NCBI GenBank assembly: GCA_964619725.1 | Contig: CAZUFC010000086.1 | Coordinates: 1 to 38,367 of the forward strand | Origin: an uncultured bacterium | GTDB lineage: Bacteria; CSSED10-310; CAZUFC01 | Direction of reading: 5' to 3' | Length of the DNA: 38,367 nucleotides | Shown here: piece after piece, positions 12,851 to 22,665 of the stretch | How positions within the stretch are numbered: the first letter of the stretch is position 1 | Layout: every line of letters begins with the position of its first letter | Position numbers and translations under genes: made by a program | The notes under the pieces: generated by a model | Told to the model about the DNA's origin: nothing | Seen by the model: only the letters and a program-made list of their open reading frames with translations | Database searches by the model: none

Positions 12851-13807
12851 TTAGAGCTTTTTTAACTCCTTAAGCCATTGAGCCTCTCTTTTCAACCCCT
12901 CGGCCAGGTCCGTTTCCGGTTCAAAATTCAAATACTTTCTCGCCAAACTCACATCCGCAAAAGTATCCTTCATATCACCTTTCTGTTTTTCTATTCTCTC
13001 GATTCTCAAACTGCAACCCGCCACGCTCTCCAAAACTTCCAGCGCTTCATTCAATACCAATCTCTTCCCTCGCCCTATATTAAAAATCAGTCCCGGTTCA
13101 TCCAACTCCGCTGCAGCCATAATCGCTTTTACGACGTCATCAATATATGTAAAATCCCTCGTCTGCTCCCCAGACCCGAAAACCTTTATGGGGCGCTCCA
13201 GAAAAGCAGCTTCCAGGAATTTATGAAAGGCCATATCCGGTCGCTGCCTGGGCCCGTATACTGTGAAAAACCTGAGTCCCACCGTGTTGACGCCGTAATT
13301 CTTCTGATATATGTAAAGCAAATGCTCGCCGGCCAGCTTGGACGCCCCGTAAGGAGAAACCGGACTGACCCTTGCCGTTTCCTTCATCGGCAAATCACGC
13401 GTATCCCCGTAAACTGAAGAAGAAGAGGCGTAAACGAATTTTTTCACCCGATGCTTTACGCTGCTCTCCAGCAACATCTGAGTAGCCAATATGTTGTTGT
13501 CCGTGTAAATTTGAAAACTTTCGCCCCAACTGGCCCTTACGCCTGCCTGCGCAGCCAGATGAAAAATAATGTCCGTATCTTCCAGAATGTCGTCCAAGGT
13601 TCCAGAGCCGGCCGCATCCTGTATGCTCATCTCCTTCATCTGAAAATTGCGGAGCGTCATTGCCGATTCCAGATTCTTTTCTTTGATCCATCGAGGATAA
13701 TAATCCAGAAAACAATCTATTCCTGCAACATCCCAACCGGCTTCCAGCAAATGGTCCGCCAGTTGAGACCCGATGAATCCCGCTGCTCCCGTTATTAATG
13801 CTTTCAT
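12851..13807 (-). CDS. NAD-dependent nucleotide-sugar epimerase/dehydratase (UDP-glucuronate 4-epimerase-like)
   Basis: 'GAAGFIG', 'HLAAQAGVR', 'YGASK', 'FFTVYGPRQRPDMA'. Start set at MKALI (13807). Confidence 0.9.
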   Translation of the reverse strand: MKALITGAAGFIGSQLADHLLEAGWDVAGIDCFLDYYPRWIKEKNLESAMTLRNFQMKEMSIQDAAGSGTLDDILEDTDIIFHLAAQAGVRASWGESFQIYTDNNILATQMLLESSVKHRVKKFVYASSSSVYGDTRDLPMKETARVSPVSPYGASKLAGEHLLYIYQKNYGVNTVGLRFFTVYGPRQRPDMAFHKFLEAAFLERPIKVFGSGEQTRDFTYIDDVVKAIMAAAELDEPGLIFNIGRGKRLVLNEALEVLESVAGCSLRIERIEKQKGDMKDTFADVSLARKYLNFEPETDLAEGLKREAQWLKELKKL

Positions 13808-13921
13808 GTGTCGCGTCCCTTCCGTTTTTATCCTCAATTTTCAATAATGCCGGGTATTCTTTGTCCTATTCTCAAATTTACAGCTCAATTCAATATCCCG
13901 TTTTCACCCCTCGTCGCAATA

Positions 13922-14752
13922 TCAGTCTTCTACTATCTCTGCAATGATAGAACCGATCTTGACCTTCACTTTTATTCTGACCGGTATGCGTCGCTCATCC
14001 GCGGTCAACCATACCAGTAACTTGCTCTTACCCTTCTCGATCATCTTTGACTTGAATGTCGGCAAAGGTTCCGCCTTGTAAGCGTCGTAAGTTCTATCGC
14101 CGATCTTTATCCTTTCCACCTGATGTATCTTGACCAGTATCGTGTAATTCTTCCCGTCTGAATTGGCGTCTATCTCAAAAACTTTCCCCGTTCGCAAATC
14201 AAGCGTCCGCAAGTAACTTAAGGTCGCCACCGGGTCCCTGGCCAGCGGCGGTATCTCCATCTTTTCCCCGTTCACATAAGCCACATGCTTCTCCTGATCG
14301 TATATCACCTCTTGATCCTTATGGTACTTTCCCTCACGGATTTTTTTCTCAAAATATACCGATGAAATGTTCTCTGTCTCAAAACAGGAATTAATCACAT
14401 CCTTCACCTCAAAAAAGGCGGAAAAAAACGGAGAGGTCTCTGCAATCACTTTAGTCCTCAATATTTCATCAGGATTATACTTTTTACATTCTCTTACGGA
14501 AATTTCCAGACTGCCGGCAGATATTCCCATCCACTTCACGTCGTATAAATATTTTTCTCCTACCCTGAAAGGATTCATAACAATCGGAGGGTTTTTAATC
14601 GCCTCCGCCTCCCTTTCCTCCTGACCCGAATCTTCATCTTTACCGGCAAAAGCCGATGGGTTTCCCGACAAAAGGGAGAAAAAAGGGAATACAGCACATA
14701 TAGTCAACAGACAAGGCAATAAAATTTTTAATTTTATCGAATTACCCTTCAT
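13922..14752 (-). CDS. DUF3108-like secreted beta-rich protein
   Basis: Signal-like N-terminus, 'PF.VGE...Y.VKW.GI.AG', 'VWLTADERRIPVRI.....IGS'. Confidence 0.7.
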   Translation of the reverse strand: MKGNSIKLKILLPCLLTICAVFPFFSLLSGNPSAFAGKDEDSGQEEREAEAIKNPPIVMNPFRVGEKYLYDVKWMGISAGSLEISVRECKKYNPDEILRTKVIAETSPFFSAFFEVKDVINSCFETENISSVYFEKKIREGKYHKDQEVIYDQEKHVAYVNGEKMEIPPLARDPVATLSYLRTLDLRTGKVFEIDANSDGKNYTILVKIHQVERIKIGDRTYDAYKAEPLPTFKSKMIEKGKSKLLVWLTADERRIPVRIKVKVKIGSIIAEIVED

Positions 14753-15869
14753 AAATCGCCCTTCCTGACCGGTCTTCGGAACTGGAATCCCGCTCAATTC
14801 CATCTATGAGTTTCTTCGTCGCCCCGGTCACGCTTTCAACCGATATTGATTGTATGCATTCATCGGCTTTTTCACAATACTTTTTATAACATGAGGAACA
14901 GGGGAGTTTTTTCCAGATCGAAATGTGATTTTTACCATAAGGCCCGTTTCTGAAGGGATCGGTGGGACCGAACAAGCCCAGGCACGGTGTGCCTGCGGCC
15001 GCCGCCAGGTGCATGGGACCCGTATCTCCGCCAATGAAATAATCGCAGCGTCCCAACAGATAATATAATTGCTTGATCGTCGTTTCCGGAATCAATTTCA
15101 CTTTACTGCTCGCATGATCCCGGCATAAATTCCTCACATTGACCGCAATCTCACGTTCTCCCGGTCCCCAAATCAATAAAAACAAGTTCCGCTCATCCCC
15201 GGCAAGCCTGTCGATCAATCCCGCATACTTCATCTCCGGCCATTTTTTAGTCAACCATCCCGAACAGGCGTTGACCGCTATGGTCCGGCTTTCCTCCGGA
15301 ACATCCTTCCGGAAAAAATCGTCGACCAACTTCCTGTCCGTCTCGCTTGTAAAAATCCGGAACGCCTCCTGAGGCGCTTCAATCTTCCTTTGAAATGCCG
15401 CATACAAATTCTGTTCGACTACATGGCGGCATTCTGCAGGAATGCTGATTCCGTTTCCCGTAAACAAAGCATTCAAAGGCTCTTTACACCACCGCCGAGC
15501 GAATCCGACCGTGATTTCACTCCCCGACAGCATAGTCGCCACCCCGCTCTTCAACAATCCCTGAAGGTCTATAGCCTTATCAAATCTTTTCCGCCTGATG
15601 CGCCTGACGGTTCCGCCTATATCCTTTAACGTCTCCATCCAGGATGAGGGGCGTTTCAAATCCCGGCGCCATTTTTTGGTGTCTATTATATACAACTCTT
15701 CAAGCGCCGGATTCAGAGTCAAAGCCGCTGCCGCCCTCTTCTCCACGATCCAGGAAACTCGTTGGCGCAGGTCCTTTTTCAGCTCATAAAGCACCGGTAA
15801 TGCATGAATTACATCTCCTATGGAACTGAGTTTCACGATCAGGATTCTTTTCTCTTTTTTCAAGACCAT
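14742..15869 (-). CDS. waaC: LPS heptosyltransferase I (GT9)
   Basis: 'ILIVKLSSIGDVIHALP', 'IDLQGLLKSG', 'GGDTGPMHLAAA'. Confidence 0.8.
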   Translation of the reverse strand: MVLKKEKRILIVKLSSIGDVIHALPVLYELKKDLRQRVSWIVEKRAAAALTLNPALEELYIIDTKKWRRDLKRPSSWMETLKDIGGTVRRIRRKRFDKAIDLQGLLKSGVATMLSGSEITVGFARRWCKEPLNALFTGNGISIPAECRHVVEQNLYAAFQRKIEAPQEAFRIFTSETDRKLVDDFFRKDVPEESRTIAVNACSGWLTKKWPEMKYAGLIDRLAGDERNLFLLIWGPGEREIAVNVRNLCRDHASSKVKLIPETTIKQLYYLLGRCDYFIGGDTGPMHLAAAAGTPCLGLFGPTDPFRNGPYGKNHISIWKKLPCSSCYKKYCEKADECIQSISVESVTGATKKLIDGIERDSSSEDRSGRAIYEG

Positions 15870-15881
15870 TGCCCTTCCATG

Positions 15882-16940
15882 CTAATCCTTCCGCTTTTTG
15901 AACAAACTCGCTGTTTCCTCGTAAAGGTCAATGAAAACCTCCCATACTTCATCCACTGACACGGCTCTCATACACCTGTGGTCAATGTCGCATTCTCTCA
16001 ATCTGCACAGAGGTTTGCAATTGTTTTTTCGAATGATTCGACGATGTTCGGTGAGCGGTCCTGTCGCTTCGGGATCGGTCGGTCCGAAAATCGCCGCGGT
16101 GGGAACGCTCAAAGCCGAAGCTATATGCATAATACCCGAATCATTGCCTATGAAAAGCCTGGCCCTGGATATCGCCGCCATCGTCTCATCCAGCGGAAGC
16201 ATTCCCGTCATGAGGATCGCCGGGGATTTTATCATTCCTTTTAAACTTTTCGCCGATCCTTCTTCATCTTTTCCTCCAAAATAGACAGTCCGAATGCCCA
16301 TTTCATCATATATCCGGTCGGCCAGAGCCGCAAATCTGTCCAGAGGCCATCGCTTAGCCGGTCCATAGGCAGCCCCCGGATGCATGGAGATGAATTCCTC
16401 GCCCCGGCTTAAACCCGCTGCATTCAGTTTATGAAGCGCTGATTGGAGCGATTCTTCCGAAACCTGTAATTCTGGCCTGGGATTACCGCCGGGCCGATTC
16501 GCCAGGCGCCTTATCAACGGCATATAATAATGGACTTCATGCCTGCCTTCTATCTCTCTCTGTTCGACTACGTCAGTCAACAATATCCTGCGGCCGTCCG
16601 TAGGATATCCTATCCGGCGGGGCACGCCCGCTGTCCGAACCAGTAATGCCGCTTCAAAGGCATTCTGAAACAGGACTGCCACGTCATACGAACACCTTCG
16701 AATTTCTGCCGCCGCTTTCATGAAAGGTATTATACGTCCCAAACCATGCCGGCGATCGTAAACCATCACCCGGTTACATAATGACGATTCTTTAAACAAC
16801 GGCGCCGCCCAGGGCAAAATTATCAAAGTGATACGCGCTTCCGGCAAACCGCGGCGCAATTCGCTCAAAGCCCCTGTACTCAAAACCGCATCCCCAATCC
16901 AGTTGGGCAACCTGACGATTATTTCATCAGCCGATTTCAT
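15882..16940 (-). CDS. waaF: LPS heptosyltransferase II (GT9)
   Basis: 'PNWIGDAV', 'PGAAYGPAKRWP', 'NDSGIMHIA'. Confidence 0.9.
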   Translation of the reverse strand: MKSADEIIVRLPNWIGDAVLSTGALSELRRGLPEARITLIILPWAAPLFKESSLCNRVMVYDRRHGLGRIIPFMKAAAEIRRCSYDVAVLFQNAFEAALLVRTAGVPRRIGYPTDGRRILLTDVVEQREIEGRHEVHYYMPLIRRLANRPGGNPRPELQVSEESLQSALHKLNAAGLSRGEEFISMHPGAAYGPAKRWPLDRFAALADRIYDEMGIRTVYFGGKDEEGSAKSLKGMIKSPAILMTGMLPLDETMAAISRARLFIGNDSGIMHIASALSVPTAAIFGPTDPEATGPLTEHRRIIRKNNCKPLCRLRECDIDHRCMRAVSVDEVWEVFIDLYEETASLFKKRKD

Positions 16941-16948
16941 GAAGGTTG

Positions 16949-16976
16949 ATTATAAAAGCCTACCCCTCCATGTCAA
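16949..16976 (-). promoter_or_regulatory. Consensus sigma70 promoter for the waaF-led cluster
   Basis: Minus strand TTGACA (16976-16971), 16 nt spacer, TATAAT (16954-16949); 8 nt upstream of the waaF ATG. Confidence 0.75.
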
Positions 16977-17058
16977 GTTCCATTCAAACCCAAAACCATA
17001 TCAGCATCCATAAAAATTAAACCCGAAAAAAAACTGATATCTGCCGAAACAAAATGAA

Positions 17059-17140
17059 GTCTTTTAGTCCTTTTCGTCCCTTTGGTCCCTTTGGTCCCTT
17101 TGGTCCTTTATCGTCCCTTTCGTCCCTTATCGTCCTTTAC
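17059..17140. repeat. Degenerate 8-10-mer tandem array, consensus GTCCCTTTS, about 9 units
   Basis: gtccttttc-gtccctttg-gtccctttg-gtccctttg-gtcctttatc-gtccctttc-... Confidence 0.9.
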
Positions 17141-17303
17141 AGCCCCTTCCCATCCCCGCTTCAACCTGATAACATCCGGTCCGGAAACGGAAATTTTCGA
17201 AACGCCGACAAATTCCAGAATCCGTTTAATCAAAACAAAACCGAATTCAATTCAAATGAACGATGCTCTCGTTTAACGATCCCCGATTCAAAAGAAGGCC
17301 GAA

Positions 17304-17957
17304 ATGAACGATTCAATATGGGAAACAGAAGAAATGGTCGACAGGTTCCGGAACAAGGACCCGGATAAAGATTTACTCACAGCGCTCGAAAGCGGACCCA
17401 CGCCTGGCGATGCATGCGCCCTCGACCTGGGCTGCGCAGCCGGCAGAAATTCCATCGTCCTCGCCGAAGCGCGCTTCAAAACTTTTGCCGTCGACTCATC
17501 CGCATCGATGCTCCGGGCTGTATATGAAAAAATGAAAAAAACGAAAAATTCCCGATTTTGGAAACTCTTCCCCTGTCGGGCCGATATGCTGCAACTCCCC
17601 TTTCGCAACGCAGTATTCGACATCACGGTCGCATACGGAATCCTGCACCAGGCAGACTCGACCAGGGAACTTATTCGATCTTTCAACGAAATCGTTCGCG
17701 TCATGAAACCCCGGGGACGATTGTTGTTTTCATGCTTTTCCACGGGGATGCTTCCAGAAGGCTCAACCCCTGTTCCAGATGAAAAATATATTTATCTCAC
17801 TCCTTCAAAACGGGAAGTTTGCCGACTGTCCAAAAACGAACTTGCTGCGCTCTGCTGCCATTTCGGGCTCGAACCCCTCCAGGAAATCGAACTCCGAAGA
17901 AAAACTACGGAACAACGTTTCAGGGAGTCGCTTTTCGGTTATTTCATGAAACCGTGA
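17304..17957 (+). CDS. Class I SAM-dependent methyltransferase
   Basis: 'ALDLGCAAGRN', 'AVDSS..ML', 'AD..LPF....FD', 'RVMKPRG'. Confidence 0.85.
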   Translation: MNDSIWETEEMVDRFRNKDPDKDLLTALESGPTPGDACALDLGCAAGRNSIVLAEARFKTFAVDSSASMLRAVYEKMKKTKNSRFWKLFPCRADMLQLPFRNAVFDITVAYGILHQADSTRELIRSFNEIVRVMKPRGRLLFSCFSTGMLPEGSTPVPDEKYIYLTPSKREVCRLSKNELAALCCHFGLEPLQEIELRRKTTEQRFRESLFGYFMKP

Positions 17958-18148
17958 TTTGATTATCCCCTTTTTTTCCCTTATAAATTGAAGAGGGAAG
18001 TTTTTTCAGAATGGCTGCAAAATCACGCATTTTTCCGGCTAAATCAATCAAAGCTGATTTATGCCGATTCATCCGCTTCCTTTTGTGAATAAACGTTTCA
18101 AATAGTTTCTCCAGAAATTTTCATCAGGCATGGAGGAAACAAAAAACC

Positions 18149-19759
18149 ATGAAGTCCAAAAAAATATCTGAAGTTTTGCTCTTTTCATTTATCGTCATTT
18201 TTGTCTTTTTCTGCGCTTCATCGAACGCAATAAAAGCCCAGGTCGTCTACTCGGAAAATTTTGATGATTGGAGCGCCGACGATCAGACCGGTCCCCCGGC
18301 TGTCTGCTGGGGAGGAAACTACTACATCGCAAGTTCATCCGGGACGCCGCTCTGCATGAATCTGCTTTCAATGAGAATCAACTCCACAACGGAAAAACCG
18401 GTCATCGGGATCGACCTGAGAGGATATACTAACGCAAGCATCAGCTACACTTATTACCAGTATGCTTATGCTTACTGTGCGGGCGAAATTAAGACACAGA
18501 CGTCCGGCGACCTGGACTGCGATCAGTCTTTCGGCTTCACCACGACGCAATACCATTTTACTGAACAGCAATGCGTGGACGTTACTATCCCCCTGACCGA
18601 CGATGCGATAAACTACTTCAGGTGGAGCAAAAGCGGCGGAGCTGAGATCGGTTTCTGGATCGATGAAGTCGTAGTGCAAGCCATAGGACAGGGACCGCAG
18701 TGCGTCGATTCCTTCGACGAAACCTTCGGGACCTCTTTCCAATCCGGTTCCGTCTGCAGCATATGGCCGGACATGTGGGAAACATGCGAGGGAAACGGAC
18801 CGTACATAACATCAGGAGGACCCTGCGGCGGTTCTTATGACTATGCCATGTATTTCGGAGACGGCTGGCCCTATTCCTCGGGAGAAACCGTATGCATCGA
18901 CCTTATCGGCGCTGCCGCCCCCTCTCTGAAATACTATTATTCCTGGGACGGCCTGAGCACTGTGTCGCCCATCATTGAAATTTCTCTCGATCACGGCGAT
19001 ACCTGGTCTGAACTGGTTTCGTCGCATGAAAATACGGGCGGTTCGTGCCTGGAACGCTGCATTAACCTGAACGCCTACATCGGATTCCAGATAAAACTCA
19101 GATTCACATCCCAATCCTCCACATCAGATTATCATGCCTATTTCGACGACATCCGGGTCCACCGAAATGATCCCTGTCCGCAAAATACCGCCACGCCAAC
19201 CTTTACTCCTGAACCGCTCCCCACACATACGCCGACCCGCTCGCCGACCGAGACAGCGACGCCGGAGCCGACAGAACCCCCCACAGCAACGCCGACGTTT
19301 TCGCCTACAAACATACCGCCCACCGATTCTCCCACGCCTTCCCCCACCAATTCGCCTACACAAACTCCCACCGATACGCCGATTCCGACTTTCACGACAG
19401 AACCCACCGGACCTCCCACCGGTACGCCGATTCCGACAGAAGCGCCCACCGTCGTCTCCACGGAAACTCCCACCTCCGTTCCCACATCAACCTCTACTAT
19501 TCCTCCGACTGATTCCCCTACGAGCACACCGACAGAATTTCCGACCGATCCCCCGACAGAAATCCCAACTGAAATACCATCTCCCTCGCCAACACAAACG
19601 ATGACGCCCATTATGACTGAAACCCCGGAAACGACGCCCACAACGACAGTCTCCCCAACCCCGCCGCCCATACCGGCGACAACGACAACAGGATGCCTGA
19701 TCCTGACGATAATGCTAGGAAGCCTGGCCATTTACGGCAACATGAAAATGAAAAAATGA
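18149..19759 (+). CDS. Secreted Cys-rich protein with two beta-sandwich-like domains, Pro/Thr stalk and C-terminal sorting tail
   Basis: Signal peptide; two 'ENF/ETF...W...(I/F)D(E/D)(V/I).V' modules; about 165 aa Pro/Thr-rich linker; 'IPATTTTG'-hydrophobic-'KMKK' tail; GGAGG SD. Confidence 0.85.
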   Translation: MKSKKISEVLLFSFIVIFVFFCASSNAIKAQVVYSENFDDWSADDQTGPPAVCWGGNYYIASSSGTPLCMNLLSMRINSTTEKPVIGIDLRGYTNASISYTYYQYAYAYCAGEIKTQTSGDLDCDQSFGFTTTQYHFTEQQCVDVTIPLTDDAINYFRWSKSGGAEIGFWIDEVVVQAIGQGPQCVDSFDETFGTSFQSGSVCSIWPDMWETCEGNGPYITSGGPCGGSYDYAMYFGDGWPYSSGETVCIDLIGAAAPSLKYYYSWDGLSTVSPIIEISLDHGDTWSELVSSHENTGGSCLERCINLNAYIGFQIKLRFTSQSSTSDYHAYFDDIRVHRNDPCPQNTATPTFTPEPLPTHTPTRSPTETATPEPTEPPTATPTFSPTNIPPTDSPTPSPTNSPTQTPTDTPIPTFTTEPTGPPTGTPIPTEAPTVVSTETPTSVPTSTSTIPPTDSPTSTPTEFPTDPPTEIPTEIPSPSPTQTMTPIMTETPETTPTTTVSPTPPPIPATTTTGCLILTIMLGSLAIYGNMKMKK

Positions 19760-19812
19760 CGCTGCTCTCCCAAAACTGAAAAACCACCCAAAACCGACAA
19801 GACATAACAAAC

Positions 19813-19881
19813 GTCCCTTCCGTCCTTTTGGTCCCTTTCGTCCCTTTCGTCCCTTGGTCCCTTGGTCCCTTGGTCCCTTTG
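19813..19881. repeat. Second GTCCCTT(T)S tandem array, about 8 units
   Basis: gtcccttcc-gtccttttg-gtccctttc x2-gtcccttg x3-gtccctttg. Confidence 0.9.
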
Positions 19882-19890
19882 AAAAAAAAC

Positions 19891-20038
19891 GGCATTGATC
19901 AAAAATGCCTCTTTTGAGATTACAATTCTTCAGAATATCCCATCATTTTGTTTCGATTTCGATTGCGATACCGACCCCGATCACCGAAACAAAATGTCAA
20001 ACGTTTTGAAAAAACGTAATCCCTGTTTGATCAGTCCC
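19891..20038 (+). mobile_element. Dispersed hairpin/MITE-like element, family A, copy 1
   Basis: GGCATTGATCAAAAATG...TTTGATCAGTCCC; inner perfect inverted repeat CATTTTGTTTCG/CGAAACAAAATG around about 5 CGANNN units. Confidence 0.75.
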
Positions 20039-20216
20039 CCAAAAATCAAACCTAAAACCGCAAATCACCTCATGAATCCATAAACGCTTTATTTTCTTCA
20101 ATCCGCCCTGCTGTTGCCATTTAAAACATCTATGAGTTAATATGGCGTGAGCAAGCCGCCGCGCCGGCTTTTAATTCACAATGATCCCGATGCGATTTCG
20201 GGAATGAAGGGGAACG

Positions 20217-21509
20217 GTGACCGTTATGCAACCAGGACCGACTTTCGACAGAAAACAGGAAACGGCCTTAAGCGACATTTGCTCGCAACTTTATGAAAGA
20301 CTTGAACCCAAGGACTTCCTGTTACAGACAAAAGACGATGAGGACTTCAATTCTTATCGCGTTAAGATGCTGCAATGGGTTGATGAATTGCTGGAGAAAA
20401 CTGAAGCGGAATTCGAGGACCTGGAAAAGGTTAAAAAAGTAATTATTGAAGCCGTTACGACTTATGGTCCGCTGGCGGAATTCATGTTCGATCCTGATGT
20501 GAATGAAATTATGGCTAACCGGCATGATGAAGTTTTCGTCGAAAAAAAGGGAAAATTGCTGTTGACCGGAAAACAGTTCATATCGACTTCGCACTTCATG
20601 AAAATCATTCAGCGAATTCTTTACCCTCTGGGGAGAATCCTCAATGAAAATCAGCCCATGGTGGATGCCAGGCTCCCGGACGGTTCCCGCATAAACGTCA
20701 TCATTCCTCCCCTGGCGCTTCAAAGCCCGCTGCTGACCATCCGAAAATTCATCCTAGAAATAATGTCCATAAAAAGTCTGCTCAACCTGGAATCGCTGTC
20801 GCCGGAAATGGCGGAATTCCTGAAAGTGGCCGTTCAAACCCGAAGAAACATCATAGTATCAGGCGGAACCGCCGCTGGAAAAACCACGCTGCTCAACATT
20901 CTTTCGTCATTCATCCCTCCCCATGAGCGCATAATAACCATAGAAGATGCCGCTGAAATGAAACTGTCGCACTTTCATATCTGCAGGCTGGAAACCAAAC
21001 CGCCTGATATGAACGGAAGAGGCGGCGTCAGCACTCTGGACCTTTTCCGTAATTCCCTGCGGATGCGGCCGGATCGTATAGTAGTGGGCGAATGCAGAGG
21101 CGCCGAGGCCCTGGCCATGCTCCAGGCGATGAACTCAGGCCATGACGGCTCCATGACCACCGCTCACGCCAACTCACCCAAAGACCTCCTCGCCCGCATA
21201 GAAACCATGGCATCGCTGGCAGGAGCCAATATCCCGCACCAGGCTATCCGCCACCAAATTGCCGCCGCAATTGACCTCGTTGTCCACCTCCAGAGATACC
21301 CCGAAGGTACACGAAAAATTAAACAAATTACTGAAATAACCGGCATGGAAGGCGGTACAATCTCACGCGCCGACATTTTCCAATTCGAACAAACCGGCTC
21401 GGAACCCAACGGAAAACCCGTAGGAACCTTCCGCTCAACAGGAATAGTGCCGAAATTCTTCGAAGAAATAGGACACCTGGGCATTAGAATTCCCATAGAA
21501 GTTTTCTAA
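20217..21509 (+). CDS. cpaF: CpaF/TadA family secretion ATPase
   Basis: '[17 protein letters not shown]', Walker A 'GGTAAGKTT', 'TIEDAAE', '[17 protein letters not shown]', '[14 protein letters not shown]'. Confidence 0.9.
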   Translation: MTVMQPGPTFDRKQETALSDICSQLYERLEPKDFLLQTKDDEDFNSYRVKMLQWVDELLEKTEAEFEDLEKVKKVIIEAVTTYGPLAEFMFDPDVNEIMANRHDEVFVEKKGKLLLTGKQFISTSHFMKIIQRILYPLGRILNENQPMVDARLPDGSRINVIIPPLALQSPLLTIRKFILEIMSIKSLLNLESLSPEMAEFLKVAVQTRRNIIVSGGTAAGKTTLLNILSSFIPPHERIITIEDAAEMKLSHFHICRLETKPPDMNGRGGVSTLDLFRNSLRMRPDRIVVGECRGAEALAMLQAMNSGHDGSMTTAHANSPKDLLARIETMASLAGANIPHQAIRHQIAAAIDLVVHLQRYPEGTRKIKQITEITGMEGGTISRADIFQFEQTGSEPNGKPVGTFRSTGIVPKFFEEIGHLGIRIPIEVF

Positions 21510-21532
21510 AAAACAGGCCTATAAAAAATTAA

Positions 21533-21687
21533 GACATTGATCAAAAATGCGTCTTTTGAGGTTACAATTCGAAATAATATCTCATCATTTTGTTTCGATT
21601 GCGATTGCGATCCCGACCCCGATACCGATTACTGAAAAAAACTGTAAAAAGTTTTGAAAGAAGCGTAACCCCGGTCTGATCTGTCCC
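21533..21687 (+). mobile_element. Family A element, copy 2
   Basis: GACATTGATCAAAAATG...TGATCTGTCCC; about 6 hexamers; flanked by AAAATTAA at 21525-21532 and 21688-21695. Confidence 0.75.
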
Positions 21688-21884
21688 AAAATTAAAAGTC
21701 TTCCCAAAATCAATCCTTCCAATATCACAATCTTCCATCCCTTTTCTCTATCCATTCTTCCATCTACCCGCCTTTCCCTCCTCTTCCGCGCTTGACATTT
21801 TTTCCATCTTCCTGAATGATAAATTCCGGCTGTTGAGACGCTCATAAAAAAAAATTTAAAACACCAACCGATCAGGGAAACAAA

Positions 21885-22424
21885 ATGACGTCAAAGCGAT
21901 ATGAAACAACGAGAGCTCAATTGATGCTCCTGGTTTTCGCCGTTCTGTTGATTTGCATCCTCTTTTTCATTCTCGGATTCGTCATCGGCAGAGCCACCTC
22001 GCTGGAAGGCATAACGGAACTTCCGAGACAGGTCTCGAATGAACCGGAAATTGAACAGGAAGCGGAACCTACACCGGCGCCCCAGGTTAAAGATACGTTG
22101 ACGCCGACAGCCACGGTTACGGTTACGGCAACGGCCACAACCGTTCCCGAACCGGATGAACCCGAAATCGGAGATTTTAAAGGACAGGGGTTTGCCGTCC
22201 AGGTTACTTCCGTCAGGCAGAAAGAGTCGGCCGAACGACTGATGAACAATCTGAAGCAAAAAGATTATCCGGTATACCTGGATGAAAAGGACCTGGGAGA
22301 CGGACGCAGCAATTACAGAGTCAGGGTCGGCCCCTTCAAAACGCGCCGGGAGGCCAGGGAAGCCGAAGAAAACTTAAAAAACAAGGAAAATATGGATACC
22401 TGGCTCGTTGAAGTTGTGATATAG
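21885..22424 (+). CDS. Membrane-anchored SPOR-domain protein (FtsN/DedD-like architecture)
   Basis: N-terminal TM, Pro/Thr/Glu linker, 'FAVQVTS...YRVRVGPFKTR.EA'. Confidence 0.85.
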   Translation: MTSKRYETTRAQLMLLVFAVLLICILFFILGFVIGRATSLEGITELPRQVSNEPEIEQEAEPTPAPQVKDTLTPTATVTVTATATTVPEPDEPEIGDFKGQGFAVQVTSVRQKESAERLMNNLKQKDYPVYLDEKDLGDGRSNYRVRVGPFKTRREAREAEENLKNKENMDTWLVEVVI

Positions 22425-22464
22425 CCGGCGACTGTCCACGAACTAGATTCTCCATTCAAAGTTT

Positions 22465-22665
22465 GGGACTGATTAAATCGGGGTTACCCTTCTTTTATAA
22501 TGTTCTACAGTTCGTTTCGGTAATCGGGTTGTTTCGAAATCGGTATCGGGGTCGGAGTAGCAATCGGTATCGGTATCGGTATCGCAATCGTGATCGAAAT
22601 CGAAACAAAATGACGGACGATTCTGTCGAATTGTAACCTCAAAAGAGGCTTTTTTGATCAATGCC
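22465..22665 (-). mobile_element. Family A element, copy 3 (longest, about 13 hexamers)
   Basis: Reverse complement reads GGCATTGATCAAAAAAGCC...(CGANNN)n...TAATCAGTCCC. Confidence 0.75.

Noticed and set aside
17044-17057. CCGAAACAAAATGA matching the inner arm of family A
   Set aside because: Only 14 nt with no flanking similarity; may be chance
19138-19731. 197 aa Val/Gly-rich minus-strand ORF and 156 aa Arg/Pro-rich ORF at 19134
   Set aside because: Antisense and alternate-frame shadows of the Pro/Thr stalk
17059-19881. GTCCCTTT arrays or hexamer tracts as CRISPR arrays
   Set aside because: Units are 6-10 nt and contiguous with no unique spacers; no cas genes
21792-21820. TTGACA promoter upstream of the SPOR gene
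   Set aside because: No convincing -10 box at 16-18 nt spacing
19895-22661. Similar short ORFs MIKNASFEITI... (19895-20083 +) and MIKKASFEVTI... (22473-22661 -), plus 21585-21845 and 26379-26585
   Set aside because: They are translations of the DNA repeat, lack SDs, and the frames are not preserved across copies
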